Assembly: GCA_964558195.1 (NCBI GenBank)
Contig: CAZLCB010000002.1
Location: 1 to 43,524 of the forward strand
Direction of reading: 5' to 3'
From: an uncultured Gammaproteobacteria bacterium
GTDB lineage: Bacteria > Patescibacteriota > Microgenomatia > UBA12405
Length of the DNA stretch: 43,524 bases
Shown: in pieces, positions 8,133 to 15,471 of the stretch
Layout of the letters: each line of letters starts with the position of its first letter
How positions within the stretch are numbered: the first letter of the stretch is position 1
The notes under the pieces: model-generated
What the model was told of the DNA's origin: nothing
The model's input: the letters and a program-made list of their open reading frames with translations, nothing else
The model's database searches: none
Position numbers and translations under genes: made by a program

Positions 8133-8453
8133 TTGGTTTATATAGTTAGTGACTATACTGATGAGTCCACCTGTAAAGCAGGAGGTAAAAAAGGACGAAA
8201 AACCAAATTTGTGATAAAATCGGCAATTATGTCAAAAGAAGGAAATTTGTTTCAACCAAGAGATTGGAGAACAATAGGATTAGAGGCACATCAAAGAATG
8301 AGTGGTGGAGTGAGTTTAGATTTATGTGATAAATTGGTTGAGTGTTTGGCCAGTGATTTGCCTGATAATATTAAACGAAGATTACCTTGTGGCAAGAAAA
8401 TAAATGTTTGTTATGTACCAATGACGCCGGAAGAAAAGGTGTCATTTTTATAA
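8133..8453 (+). CDS. hypothetical protein
   Basis: The ORF has a TTG start 7 nt after GGAGGT, with an alternative ATG at MSKEGN. Its composition is low-GC like the host. Confidence 0.4.
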   Translation: MVYIVSDYTDESTCKAGGKKGRKTKFVIKSAIMSKEGNLFQPRDWRTIGLEAHQRMSGGVSLDLCDKLVECLASDLPDNIKRRLPCGKKINVCYVPMTPEEKVSFL

Positions 8454-8483
8454 ATTTAAATTATTTGTTATAATCCAAAAAAT

Positions 8484-8696
8484 ATGTCACAAGAAAATAT
8501 AGGTAAATATCCGTTTTTTGAGTTAGCAGCTAAGCATTTATTGCCAGACATGGTAGTTCGGACTAACCCAAAAATTAATTTAGATGAAAAACTAAGTGGT
8601 GATAGTGGAGATAAATTTGAAAATTCAACTTTTGATATGACTAGTCCAGCTAAGGATCTGATTTCTGGCTTAGGTCACAGGGAAGATGATAGATAA
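8484..8696 (+). CDS. hypothetical small protein
   Basis: 70-aa ORF. TATAAT at 8469-8474 sits exactly 9 nt before the ATG, so the transcript looks leaderless. Confidence 0.35.
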   Translation: MSQENIGKYPFFELAAKHLLPDMVVRTNPKINLDEKLSGDSGDKFENSTFDMTSPAKDLISGLGHREDDR

Positions 8697-8858
8697 GAAT
8701 ATTATCTTATAATATTGATTTTTGAGGGTTTTTGAGGTATAATAGGGCTGATTTTGGTAATGGTTAGCTTAATAGCTAAGCTAATGTAGTATATAAAAAA
8801 ACTAAAGTCGGACCTTTAAAAAGCACAAATCGACTGGATAGAGATGGAGGATGGATTT

Positions 8859-9206
8859 ATGGGTTTTGAATTGCAGTTGATTCAGATTGTTGGAGCGACC
8901 GTATATGATTTTCTTCGGAGGTGTTTGATTGACAAGAAGGTTCAAATCACTCGTAAAGATGAAGGGAGAACCTTTTTGATCATGATCTCCCGCCAGATTG
9001 GCGTGATGGTACAAATTCTGGATGATACGGTCAAGGCTAAGTTTGAGCCAATAACGTTGGCAGCTGCCAAGGTTTCAGATATAGATGCTGAAATCGATAG
9101 GGCAGTCTCGGCATTTAACCTTAACACGCAATTCGTGTGCGCCTATACAAAAGAAGAATCAAATTACCGAGTGGTATATGATTTTTCTTGTTTAGGCAGG
9201 AAATGA
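8859..9206 (+). CDS. hypothetical protein (GC-rich orphan unit)
   Basis: A GGAGGA SD lies 7 nt before ATG 8859. Upstream are GGTATAAT and leader hairpins such as TTAGCTTA ATAGC TAAGCTAA. Confidence 0.5.
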   Translation: MGFELQLIQIVGATVYDFLRRCLIDKKVQITRKDEGRTFLIMISRQIGVMVQILDDTVKAKFEPITLAAAKVSDIDAEIDRAVSAFNLNTQFVCAYTKEESNYRVVYDFSCLGRK

Positions 9207-9311
9207 ACGATTTGTCGATTTATTTGCGATAAAGGATGTGATGTTTGCCGGTGGGTGAAATTTGAAAATAAAAGGTAGGTGGCGGAAGCTACTTATTTTT
9301 TACAACAAACT

Positions 9312-10172
9312 TCATTCACCGGTATTTTTTTTGAAAAAATTTGAGATTCGGTTAATTAAGTAAGAAAGGAAAATAATAGTGCTGATTAAAATTAAGGGAG
9401 AAATCGGCATAACTATAAATGAAACAGAGGAAGAAGGAATATTGAGATTAGGATCAAATTCGAGAGTAGCAGTATATTTTCCGGGCCAAAGCGGTGGGGA
9501 AAGAGCACAGGCCTGCTGGTCGTTACAAGAAAATTGGCGGTAATAATTGGCTAAAATATTCTGCGAATCAAGCTTTAGTTCTTTGATAACCTGTTGGTTT
9601 TTGGAGACGGTAATTTTACCGGCGCTTTTGAAGAAATAGTTGGAATTATTTTGGATTTGTCCGGAAAATTTAATTGGAGTAAAAAAAACATCTTTAATTT
9701 TTGGGGTGAGAGAAAATTTTTGAATTAGACCTTCAGCTTTGGGATTTTCGGTGTTGGAAACACTAAGTAAGATGTGTGAACCGATTTGTCCTGATGTTTG
9801 GGAAATAGTAGTGCTGTTAGCAGACTTGTCGGGTGATTGATAAACAAAGAAGGTGGCATAGTAGTCAGAGAGAGAAGTTTGGGGTGAGGCGGTGATTTTG
9901 AGAACGATTTGGCGGGATTCTTGAGGTTGAAGAGTAAAGGGTTGGCCGAGTTTAAGATCGGAGTTGTTTAAAGAAAAATTTATATTAGGATTAGAAATTA
10001 GATTATTGTAAGTGACCGAACCGTTATCACCAGAGGGTAAAAAAGGGAGGATTTGAGTGTTAAGTTGAATAGCTTGATTAGACTCATTGGTAACTTGATA
10101 GGCTTGAGTAAGGGTAACGCCAGGTTTGAGAACGAATTCGATTTGAGGGGGAGTAAGAGAGAGGTTAAACAT
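9312..10172 (-). CDS. C-terminally membrane-anchored two-domain Ig-like protein (DUF916/DUF3324-like architecture, tentative)
   Basis: The pattern is beta-rich (LKPGVTLTQAYQVTNESNQAIQL; PGKYTATLEF). A single C-terminal TM helix (PISPLILISTIIFLSYLI) is followed by basic residues. The gene sits directly downstream of a surface-module gene. Confidence 0.6.
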   Translation of the reverse strand: MFNLSLTPPQIEFVLKPGVTLTQAYQVTNESNQAIQLNTQILPFLPSGDNGSVTYNNLISNPNINFSLNNSDLKLGQPFTLQPQESRQIVLKITASPQTSLSDYYATFFVYQSPDKSANSTTISQTSGQIGSHILLSVSNTENPKAEGLIQKFSLTPKIKDVFFTPIKFSGQIQNNSNYFFKSAGKITVSKNQQVIKELKLDSQNILANYYRQFSCNDQQACALSPPLWPGKYTATLEFDPNLNIPSSSVSFIVMPISPLILISTIIFLSYLINRISNFFKKNTGE

Positions 10173-10180
10173 ATATGAGT

Positions 10181-10260
10181 TGTAAAGTTAAAAGTATAAA
10201 GTTGAAAGTTATAAAGTATAAAGTTGAAAGTTATAAAGTATAAAGTAGAAAGTAAAAATA
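10181..10260 (+). repeat. AAAGT-family heptamer-periodic block including a 22-nt unit repeated about 2.6 times
   Basis: AGTATAAAGTTGAAAGTTATAA occurs at 10193-10214 and 10215-10236, followed by a partial third copy. The block fills the intergenic spacer. Confidence 0.85.
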
Positions 10261-10270
10261 TTTTTTAACA

Positions 10271-11065
10271 TTAGTATTTAGGGACGGCGATTAAATTAAT
10301 AAGATTTTCGTAATTACCGGCGGGTTGATTGCCAGAGATATTGATTTTGTAAGTGATGCGGGCGGAACGGTTTTTAACAGGAATATCTTCAGACATAATA
10401 ATTTGAGGGGATTCGGCTCGAGAGGTGGCGGCAAAAGGACGAAAGTAAGTGGAATTGGTAAAGTAGGAAGAGGTGCCGATATTAGTGGCGACACCACTAC
10501 TATTAATACCAATGGCATTAAAACCAAAGCCATATTTTGTAGAACTAGTCCAAACATCAGAAGAGGAGATACTACAACTAGTATCACAGTTGGTATCGGG
10601 AATAGTACTACTACTAATAGTAGAAAGAGGTTTATTGGCAATAGCCATAATTTGATAACCGTGACCAGAAGGGGTGGTAATGGAAATGATATTAGATTGA
10701 GTTGAACCAATATTCGGGGTTAGGGAACCAAAGTCGATAGAGACATCGCTAATACTAAAGGAAAATTTTTGAAAAGTGTCGTAAATATATTGAAATCCCG
10801 ATTTGACAATATAGCCAGAAGAGGTGAATTTACCCGGGGCATTTTGACCGACGGTATCGGTGAGTTGGTAATTGGCGGAAGTTTTTTTGCCACTGGTCAT
10901 ATTAAAATTACCCCAATCAATATGGTAGCTGGCTGAATCAAAACTTTGTCCTAAAATTTTTGGCAAAAATTTAGGAATTTCCAAGAAACAAATTCCAAGA
11001 AACAAAATGAATAAACCCACCTGTTTGACTTTCGTCAAACTTCCTCCCTTAAGAAGGGAGGTCAT
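10271..11065 (-). CDS. secreted surface protein, short paralog carrying the shared C-terminal module
   Basis: The C-terminal 165 aa align with the 500-aa paralogs (IDFGSL, IPDTNCDTSCS, FGFNA, ARITYKINISGNQPAGNYENLINLIAVPKY). I place the start at ATG 11065 because the upstream 28 codons of the track ORF read through a repeat element. Confidence 0.65.
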   Translation of the reverse strand: MTSLLKGGSLTKVKQVGLFILFLGICFLEIPKFLPKILGQSFDSASYHIDWGNFNMTSGKKTSANYQLTDTVGQNAPGKFTSSGYIVKSGFQYIYDTFQKFSFSISDVSIDFGSLTPNIGSTQSNIISITTPSGHGYQIMAIANKPLSTISSSTIPDTNCDTSCSISSSDVWTSSTKYGFGFNAIGINSSGVATNIGTSSYFTNSTYFRPFAATSRAESPQIIMSEDIPVKNRSARITYKINISGNQPAGNYENLINLIAVPKY

Positions 11066-11071
11066 ACTTGC

Positions 11072-11138
11072 TATGAAGTAAGTTAAGTTTCCCTTTTTAA
11101 GGGAAATGTCCCGAGTTTGTTGAGGGACAAAGGGTTTA
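11072..11138 (+). repeat. GC-rich nested-hairpin repeat (family A)
   Basis: TATGAAGTAAGTTAAGTTTCCCTTTTTAAGGGAAATGTCCCGA...GAGGGACAAAGGGTTTA. A second copy lies at 13573-13652 in the same orientation. Confidence 0.85.
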
Positions 11139-11783
11139 GTCTTCTTCATCTGATTGTTGGTCGACTTCAGTTTTTAATTTTTCGGAAGAATTGAGAAGGG
11201 ATTTGGCTGATTCTTTGATGTATTTAATTTGGTCTTTTTGAGTAGGTTGGAGAGGAGTGGAAAGAAGTTCGGAGCAATTGTCGATAATTTGACAAATGCC
11301 GGTTTTGAATTTTAATGACAACCACATAAGAATGTTAGTTTCACTAATGGAAAAATCGGTGTCGACTTTGTTTTTGTCGAGATATTGTTTACCAATAAAC
11401 CAGGAAAGAGGAGTAATAAGAAGAAGAGAACCAAGAGGAATTAATGATTGAAGGGAGTTAAGTGATTGACTGAGAAGAATAATTAAACCTAAAGAAAGGC
11501 TGAGAGTAACACTGGGTGGGTTTTGGAAAGCAACAGTAAAAAGTAAAAAATAAACAAGAAAAAAAAAGGGAGAATTGAGGCCATCCGTATAAAAAACGAC
11601 CAGACCAATAATGAAGGCGATGAGGTGAAGAGAAAAATGTTTTTTGAAAAGAGAGAGGAAAATAAAAGCTAGAGATATTAAAGCAATAATTTGGGGAATA
11701 AAATTTGAGGCAGATGAAATAGAAACCAGATAGGCGGTAAGGCAAGAGGCTAAGAATAAAAGGATACTAAAAACTTGGGTCAT
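11136..11783 (-). CDS. polytopic membrane protein with a C-terminal coiled, degenerate HisKA-like segment
   Basis: There are about 5 TM helices. The tail ILMWLSLKFKTGICQIIDNCSELLSTPLQPTQKDQIKYIKESAKSL resembles a DHp helix pair but has no His and no ATPase domain. Confidence 0.55.
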   Translation of the reverse strand: MTQVFSILLFLASCLTAYLVSISSASNFIPQIIALISLAFIFLSLFKKHFSLHLIAFIIGLVVFYTDGLNSPFFFLVYFLLFTVAFQNPPSVTLSLSLGLIILLSQSLNSLQSLIPLGSLLLITPLSWFIGKQYLDKNKVDTDFSISETNILMWLSLKFKTGICQIIDNCSELLSTPLQPTQKDQIKYIKESAKSLLNSSEKLKTEVDQQSDEED

Positions 11784-11804
11784 TAAAATAGTATAGAATA
11801 AATT

Positions 11805-12449
11805 ATGTTCAGGGAAAAGTTAGGGAAATTTGGTTGGGTGGATGGATTGTTAATTTTAGGAATGATTTTAGTGATAGCTGGGATTGGCATGAATTTTCAA
11901 AATAGTTTTTGGGAAAAAGCCGAGGTGAAATTAATTAAAAAAGAAATTTTAGTAACGCCCCACCAACAGCAATCACAGTTAGGCGGGCAGGCAAGTATTG
12001 GTGTACAAAGTAATAATAAAGTAACTATTGATGTAGGGGGGGAGGTAATAAATCCGGGGGTTTATACTTTAGATAAAGAGGCGAGAGTAAATGAGGCGTT
12101 GGTGATGGCAGGTGGTTTGTCGGCTAAGGCGGATCGTGATTGGGTAGAGAAAAATTTAAATAAGGCGGAAAAGTTAGTTGATGGGCAGAAGATCTTTATC
12201 CCTAAAACAGGAGATGTTTTAGGGAATTTTCAATTATCAAATTCCAATTTACAAGATACAATTGTAAGGATAAATTCTGCGACAGCAGAACAACTAGATA
12301 CTTTAAGTGGAATCGGTCCGGCGATGGCTGAAAGAATAATTGATTATCGGACGAAAAATGGGGGATTTAAGAATATAGAGGAATTAAAATTGGTGAGTGG
12401 AATTGGAGATAAATTGTTTGAAAAAATTAAGGATGATATTGCTCTTTAA
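11805..12449 (+). CDS. comEA: competence protein ComEA (SLBB domain plus helix-hairpin-helix DNA-binding domain)
   Basis: N-terminal TM helix, the SLBB-like segment VTIDVGGEVINPGVYTL, and the C-terminal INSATAEQLDTLSGIGPAMAERIIDYRTKNGGFKNIEELKLVSGIG. Confidence 0.9.
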   Translation: MFREKLGKFGWVDGLLILGMILVIAGIGMNFQNSFWEKAEVKLIKKEILVTPHQQQSQLGGQASIGVQSNNKVTIDVGGEVINPGVYTLDKEARVNEALVMAGGLSAKADRDWVEKNLNKAEKLVDGQKIFIPKTGDVLGNFQLSNSNLQDTIVRINSATAEQLDTLSGIGPAMAERIIDYRTKNGGFKNIEELKLVSGIGDKLFEKIKDDIAL

Positions 12450-12471
12450 ATATTTTATTTGACTCGGCAAT

Positions 12472-12535
12472 ATTTTTTTCGGGCTTGCAACCATCGTAAT
12501 ATCCACTCAGAGGCGGCGCCCTGCAAAAAACATTG
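12472..12535 (+). repeat. about 62-nt hairpin element (family M), intergenic copy
   Basis: The core ACCATCGTAATATCCACTCAG and the terminal inverted repeat TTTTTTCGGGC/GCCCTGCAAAAAA match the copy inside murB (26333-26394). Confidence 0.75.
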
Positions 12536-12598
12536 CCTGCGTCAAAATATATTTAGTATTTTTACTTCGCCCAGGGCGGGGTAAGGGTTTGAGAGAAA

Positions 12599-13555
12599 AT
12601 GAACTGGAAAATAAAAAAAATTTTAATTTGGATATTGTTGGGAGTGGTAGGGTTTTTGATGTACAGGTTTGTAAAAAGGGATATTTTGATATATGTGGTT
12701 AATCAAGGGTTGCCAGGAACAGAAGCGGGATTATTAAATGGGATGTTGTGGGGAGATAAAACTGGTTTCAGTAAAGATTTTTATAATCAATTAAAAAACA
12801 GCGGACTGGTTCATTTGGTAGTGGTGAGTGGTAGTAATATTATTTTGGTGTTTAAAGGGTTGGTAGAAAATTTAGCTAAGTTAATTGGAAGAAAAAAAGC
12901 GATTGGGTTAGGGTTTGTAGTAGTTCTGGGATATTTGGAGATAGTGGGTTGGGAGGTACCGATAGTGAGAGCGATGATTTTGGTATCGGTCATGTATTGG
13001 GCACAAATTTTGGGGAGAAAATATAATTTGGTCAGAGGTTTAATTTTGAGCGGATTAATAATTGTTTTGGCTTGGCCGGGATCACTTGGTGAAGTTAGTT
13101 TTTGGTTAAGTTTTATGGCATTTATAGGAGTAGTGACAAGCCCGTGGAAAGGAATATTGGCTTCAAGTTTTTGGGTGAGTTTGTGGATTAGCCCAATAAT
13201 GGGGTTGTTTTTTGGAAAAATTAATTTAGTGGGGCCGATAAGTAATTTATTGGTAATACTAGTAGTAGAAACAGTGACAGTAGTGGGTTTTGGAGGAACA
13301 TTTTTGGGGTTAATAGTGCCAGTGTTAGGGAAAATGGTTTTGTGGTCGATATGGCCATTATTAAAATATTTTGCGGTGGTGGTAGAGATGGTGGGGAGTT
13401 GGGGATGGGTTAATGTGGAGGTAAAATTTAATTATTTGATATTGTTGGGGTGGTATGTGATATTGATTTGGTTAAAAGTAAAATTGAATATGACCCACCC
13501 CTGCCCCTCCCTCAGGGAGGGGAAATCTTTCTATACCCCGCCCAGGGCGGGGTGA
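12599..13555 (+). CDS. comEC: ComEC/Rec2 competence-domain membrane protein (membrane part of a split comEC)
   Basis: Polytopic, with the ComEC signature region GLLNGMLWGDKTGFSKDFYNQLKNSGLVHLVVVSGSNI. The last roughly 25 codons read into the repeat cluster, so the true C-terminus is uncertain. Confidence 0.8.
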   Translation: MNWKIKKILIWILLGVVGFLMYRFVKRDILIYVVNQGLPGTEAGLLNGMLWGDKTGFSKDFYNQLKNSGLVHLVVVSGSNIILVFKGLVENLAKLIGRKKAIGLGFVVVLGYLEIVGWEVPIVRAMILVSVMYWAQILGRKYNLVRGLILSGLIIVLAWPGSLGEVSFWLSFMAFIGVVTSPWKGILASSFWVSLWISPIMGLFFGKINLVGPISNLLVILVVETVTVVGFGGTFLGLIVPVLGKMVLWSIWPLLKYFAVVVEMVGSWGWVNVEVKFNYLILLGWYVILIWLKVKLNMTHPCPSLREGKSFYTPPRAG

Positions 13556-13653
13556 GGGTTTTGAATTTTATTATGAAGCAAGTTAAAGTTGCCCTTTTTA
13601 AGGGAAATGTCCCGACCTTGCCTGCCGGCAGGCAGGAGGGACAAAGGGTTTAA
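13486..13653 (+). repeat. cluster of GC-rich hairpin repeats separating the two comEC ORFs
   Basis: Hairpins are CCCCTCCC TCA GGGAGGGG (13504-13522), CCCCGCC CAG GGCGGGG (13536-13552), CCCTTTTTAAGGG (13592-13604) and GTCCC..CCTGCC GGCA GGCAGG..GGGAC (13609-13642). It contains the family A copy 13573-13652 and the family B copy 13538-13562. Confidence 0.85.
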
Positions 13654-14475
13654 ATGAAACGATTAATTTTATTTGTTAGTTTAATTGGTTTGGTGGTGAT
13701 GTTTTGGTTAACATTGCCAGACAATAAACCAGTAGTAATAGTGTGTGATGTGGGACAAGGGGATGCGATTTTAGCAACATACAAAAATATTCAAATTTTG
13801 TTTGATGTGGGTCCGAAGAATAAAAAAGTATTGAAGTGTTTAGAAAATCATATGCCGTTTTGGGACAAAACAATTGAGGCAGTAGTTTTGAGTCATGGAG
13901 ATAGTGATCATACAGGTGGTTTAACTGACTTAATGAAAGTTTATAAAGTGGAAAATTTTTTCAGTAATGGTTATTTAGATAAGGAGATTGAACAAAATAT
14001 TTACTCACGAAAAATTAGTCAAAATGATGTACTTAGTTTAAGTTTGTTTAGTTTTGAAGTGGTGTGGCCTGAAGAAAAGTTGGAAAATGAAAAAGATGGT
14101 AATGAGAATTCGGTGGCAGGAATTTTATCAATCTATTCGGTAAGCTCAGGACAGGGTTGGTCGATGTTTTTGAGTGGAGATATGGAAAAAGAAGCGGAAC
14201 AGAAATTAGTTTGGCGCCAGATTTTAAATAAACCAGTAATGCTCTTAAAAGTGAGCCATCATGGATCGGCGACAGCAACCAGTGAAGAATTATTAGAGGT
14301 ATTAAAACCAAAAGAGGCGGTGATTAGTGTAGGGAAAGAGAATAGGTTTGGACATCCGACCAATGAGGTGTTGGAAAGGTTGAAGGATAAAGAAATAGAA
14401 ATTTTAAGAACCGATATTGAGGGGGAGATTATGGTGAAGATAAGTGCTGATAGACAGTCTGAGAGATTTCTTTGA
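13654..14475 (+). CDS. comEC: ComEC C-terminal metallo-beta-lactamase-fold domain protein
   Basis: N-terminal TM helix followed by MBL motifs: CDVGQGDAIL, LSHGDSDHTGG, KVSHHGS, FGHP. Confidence 0.85.
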   Translation: MKRLILFVSLIGLVVMFWLTLPDNKPVVIVCDVGQGDAILATYKNIQILFDVGPKNKKVLKCLENHMPFWDKTIEAVVLSHGDSDHTGGLTDLMKVYKVENFFSNGYLDKEIEQNIYSRKISQNDVLSLSLFSFEVVWPEEKLENEKDGNENSVAGILSIYSVSSGQGWSMFLSGDMEKEAEQKLVWRQILNKPVMLLKVSHHGSATATSEELLEVLKPKEAVISVGKENRFGHPTNEVLERLKDKEIEILRTDIEGEIMVKISADRQSERFL

Positions 14476-15415
14476 TAGCCTGGCTGGACTTTTGCAAGTC
14501 ACCACCTCGAGTCATAACACAGAGTAGATATGGTTTTTGAGGAAGATAAACGATACCGCAATCATGAAACTGAGTTTCGCCGGTGTCAAGAAATTTTCTT
14601 TCACCAAATTTATGAGCAACGACGATATTTTGAGGAACACCAGAAACAAGAGCATCTTTATATTTAGTTTGACTTAACATGGCTAAGGCTTTTTCGGACA
14701 TTTCTTGGTTGAGATATGAAGCGTTAAACAGAATACGATAAAATGAAGCATAATCCTTGACGGTAATAATGTTGCCATTGGGATTAGCAAAGGCCTTGGA
14801 GATGTCAATATCTAAATCTTTATAAACCTCTAAAACTTCTTCGTTGGTCAGGTTTTGAGAGAGAGTATTGTAGGCATCGTTATCTGATTCAATAATCATT
14901 TTTTCGAGTAATTCTTGAGTAGTATATTCCTGATTAGGAGCAAAAGAGACTGATGGTTTGATGTTTTGAATGGAATCTCCTTCAGATGTAACAATTAAGG
15001 GTATTTTTGTTTGAAGAATTTCCGGTTTCTTTTCGGCTTTTTTGAGGTAGGTAATAAGGACAGGAACTTTAATAAGACTAGCTGGGGCAAAGTATTCTTT
15101 TTCGTTGATACCAATCCAAGGTCCGTTATTAAGGTCACGAAAATAGATTGAAGCAAAGTTAATGTTTTTCTTTTGAATTTCTTGGTTGATGGTTTGATCG
15201 ATGAAGTTTTTTAAGGAACTAAGATTGTTGTTTTGGTTAAGGTCGGAGTTACATTCTAAAATAGGGTTAATATATTGATAACTGAATTTTTTTCGAATAA
15301 TTTCGTCAGTGTCTTTGGCATTTTCGCTATTATTTTTATTGGCAACAAAAAAACCGAGCAAAAAGGAAAACAGAACACTTAGAATCCATGGCCATAAAGT
15401 TCTGGGTGAGATCAT
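14429..15415 (-). CDS. class A beta-lactamase-related serine hydrolase
   Basis: N-terminal TM/signal segment, SxxK motif (PASLIKVP), SDN motif (IIESDNDA) and a K(T/S)G-like HKFG. The 3' end overlaps the convergent MBL ORF by 47 nt. Confidence 0.7.
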   Translation of the reverse strand: MISPRTLWPWILSVLFSFLLGFFVANKNNSENAKDTDEIIRKKFSYQYINPILECNSDLNQNNNLSSLKNFIDQTINQEIQKKNINFASIYFRDLNNGPWIGINEKEYFAPASLIKVPVLITYLKKAEKKPEILQTKIPLIVTSEGDSIQNIKPSVSFAPNQEYTTQELLEKMIIESDNDAYNTLSQNLTNEEVLEVYKDLDIDISKAFANPNGNIITVKDYASFYRILFNASYLNQEMSEKALAMLSQTKYKDALVSGVPQNIVVAHKFGERKFLDTGETQFHDCGIVYLPQKPYLLCVMTRGGDLQKSSQAIKEISQTVYQHLSSP

Positions 15416-15471
15416 TATCGTTTTATATTAACATAAAATAGATTGAAAAGTGATAGAATAGATGATACTTT

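Noticed and set aside
9207-9311. Terminator hairpin expected downstream of 8859-9206 (starts TTTGCCGGTGGGTG like the 7449 hairpin)
   Set aside because: I could not find a convincing complementary 3' arm by eye, so no feature is called.
10181-10260. Possibility that the repeat blocks are CRISPR arrays
   Set aside because: The periodicity is 7 nt (or 22 nt) with no unique spacers of 25-40 nt. There are no cas genes, and the blocks are only 30-80 nt long.
11066-11149. N-terminal 28 codons of the track ORF 10271-11149
   Set aside because: This stretch coincides with the family A repeat element and overlaps the stop of the upstream gene. The internal ATG at 11065 gives a normal signal peptide.
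13450-13653. 67-aa ORF across the comEC junction
   Set aside because: It reads entirely through the GC-rich hairpin repeats (PLPLPQGGE...), with no start signals. It is a repeat translation artefact.
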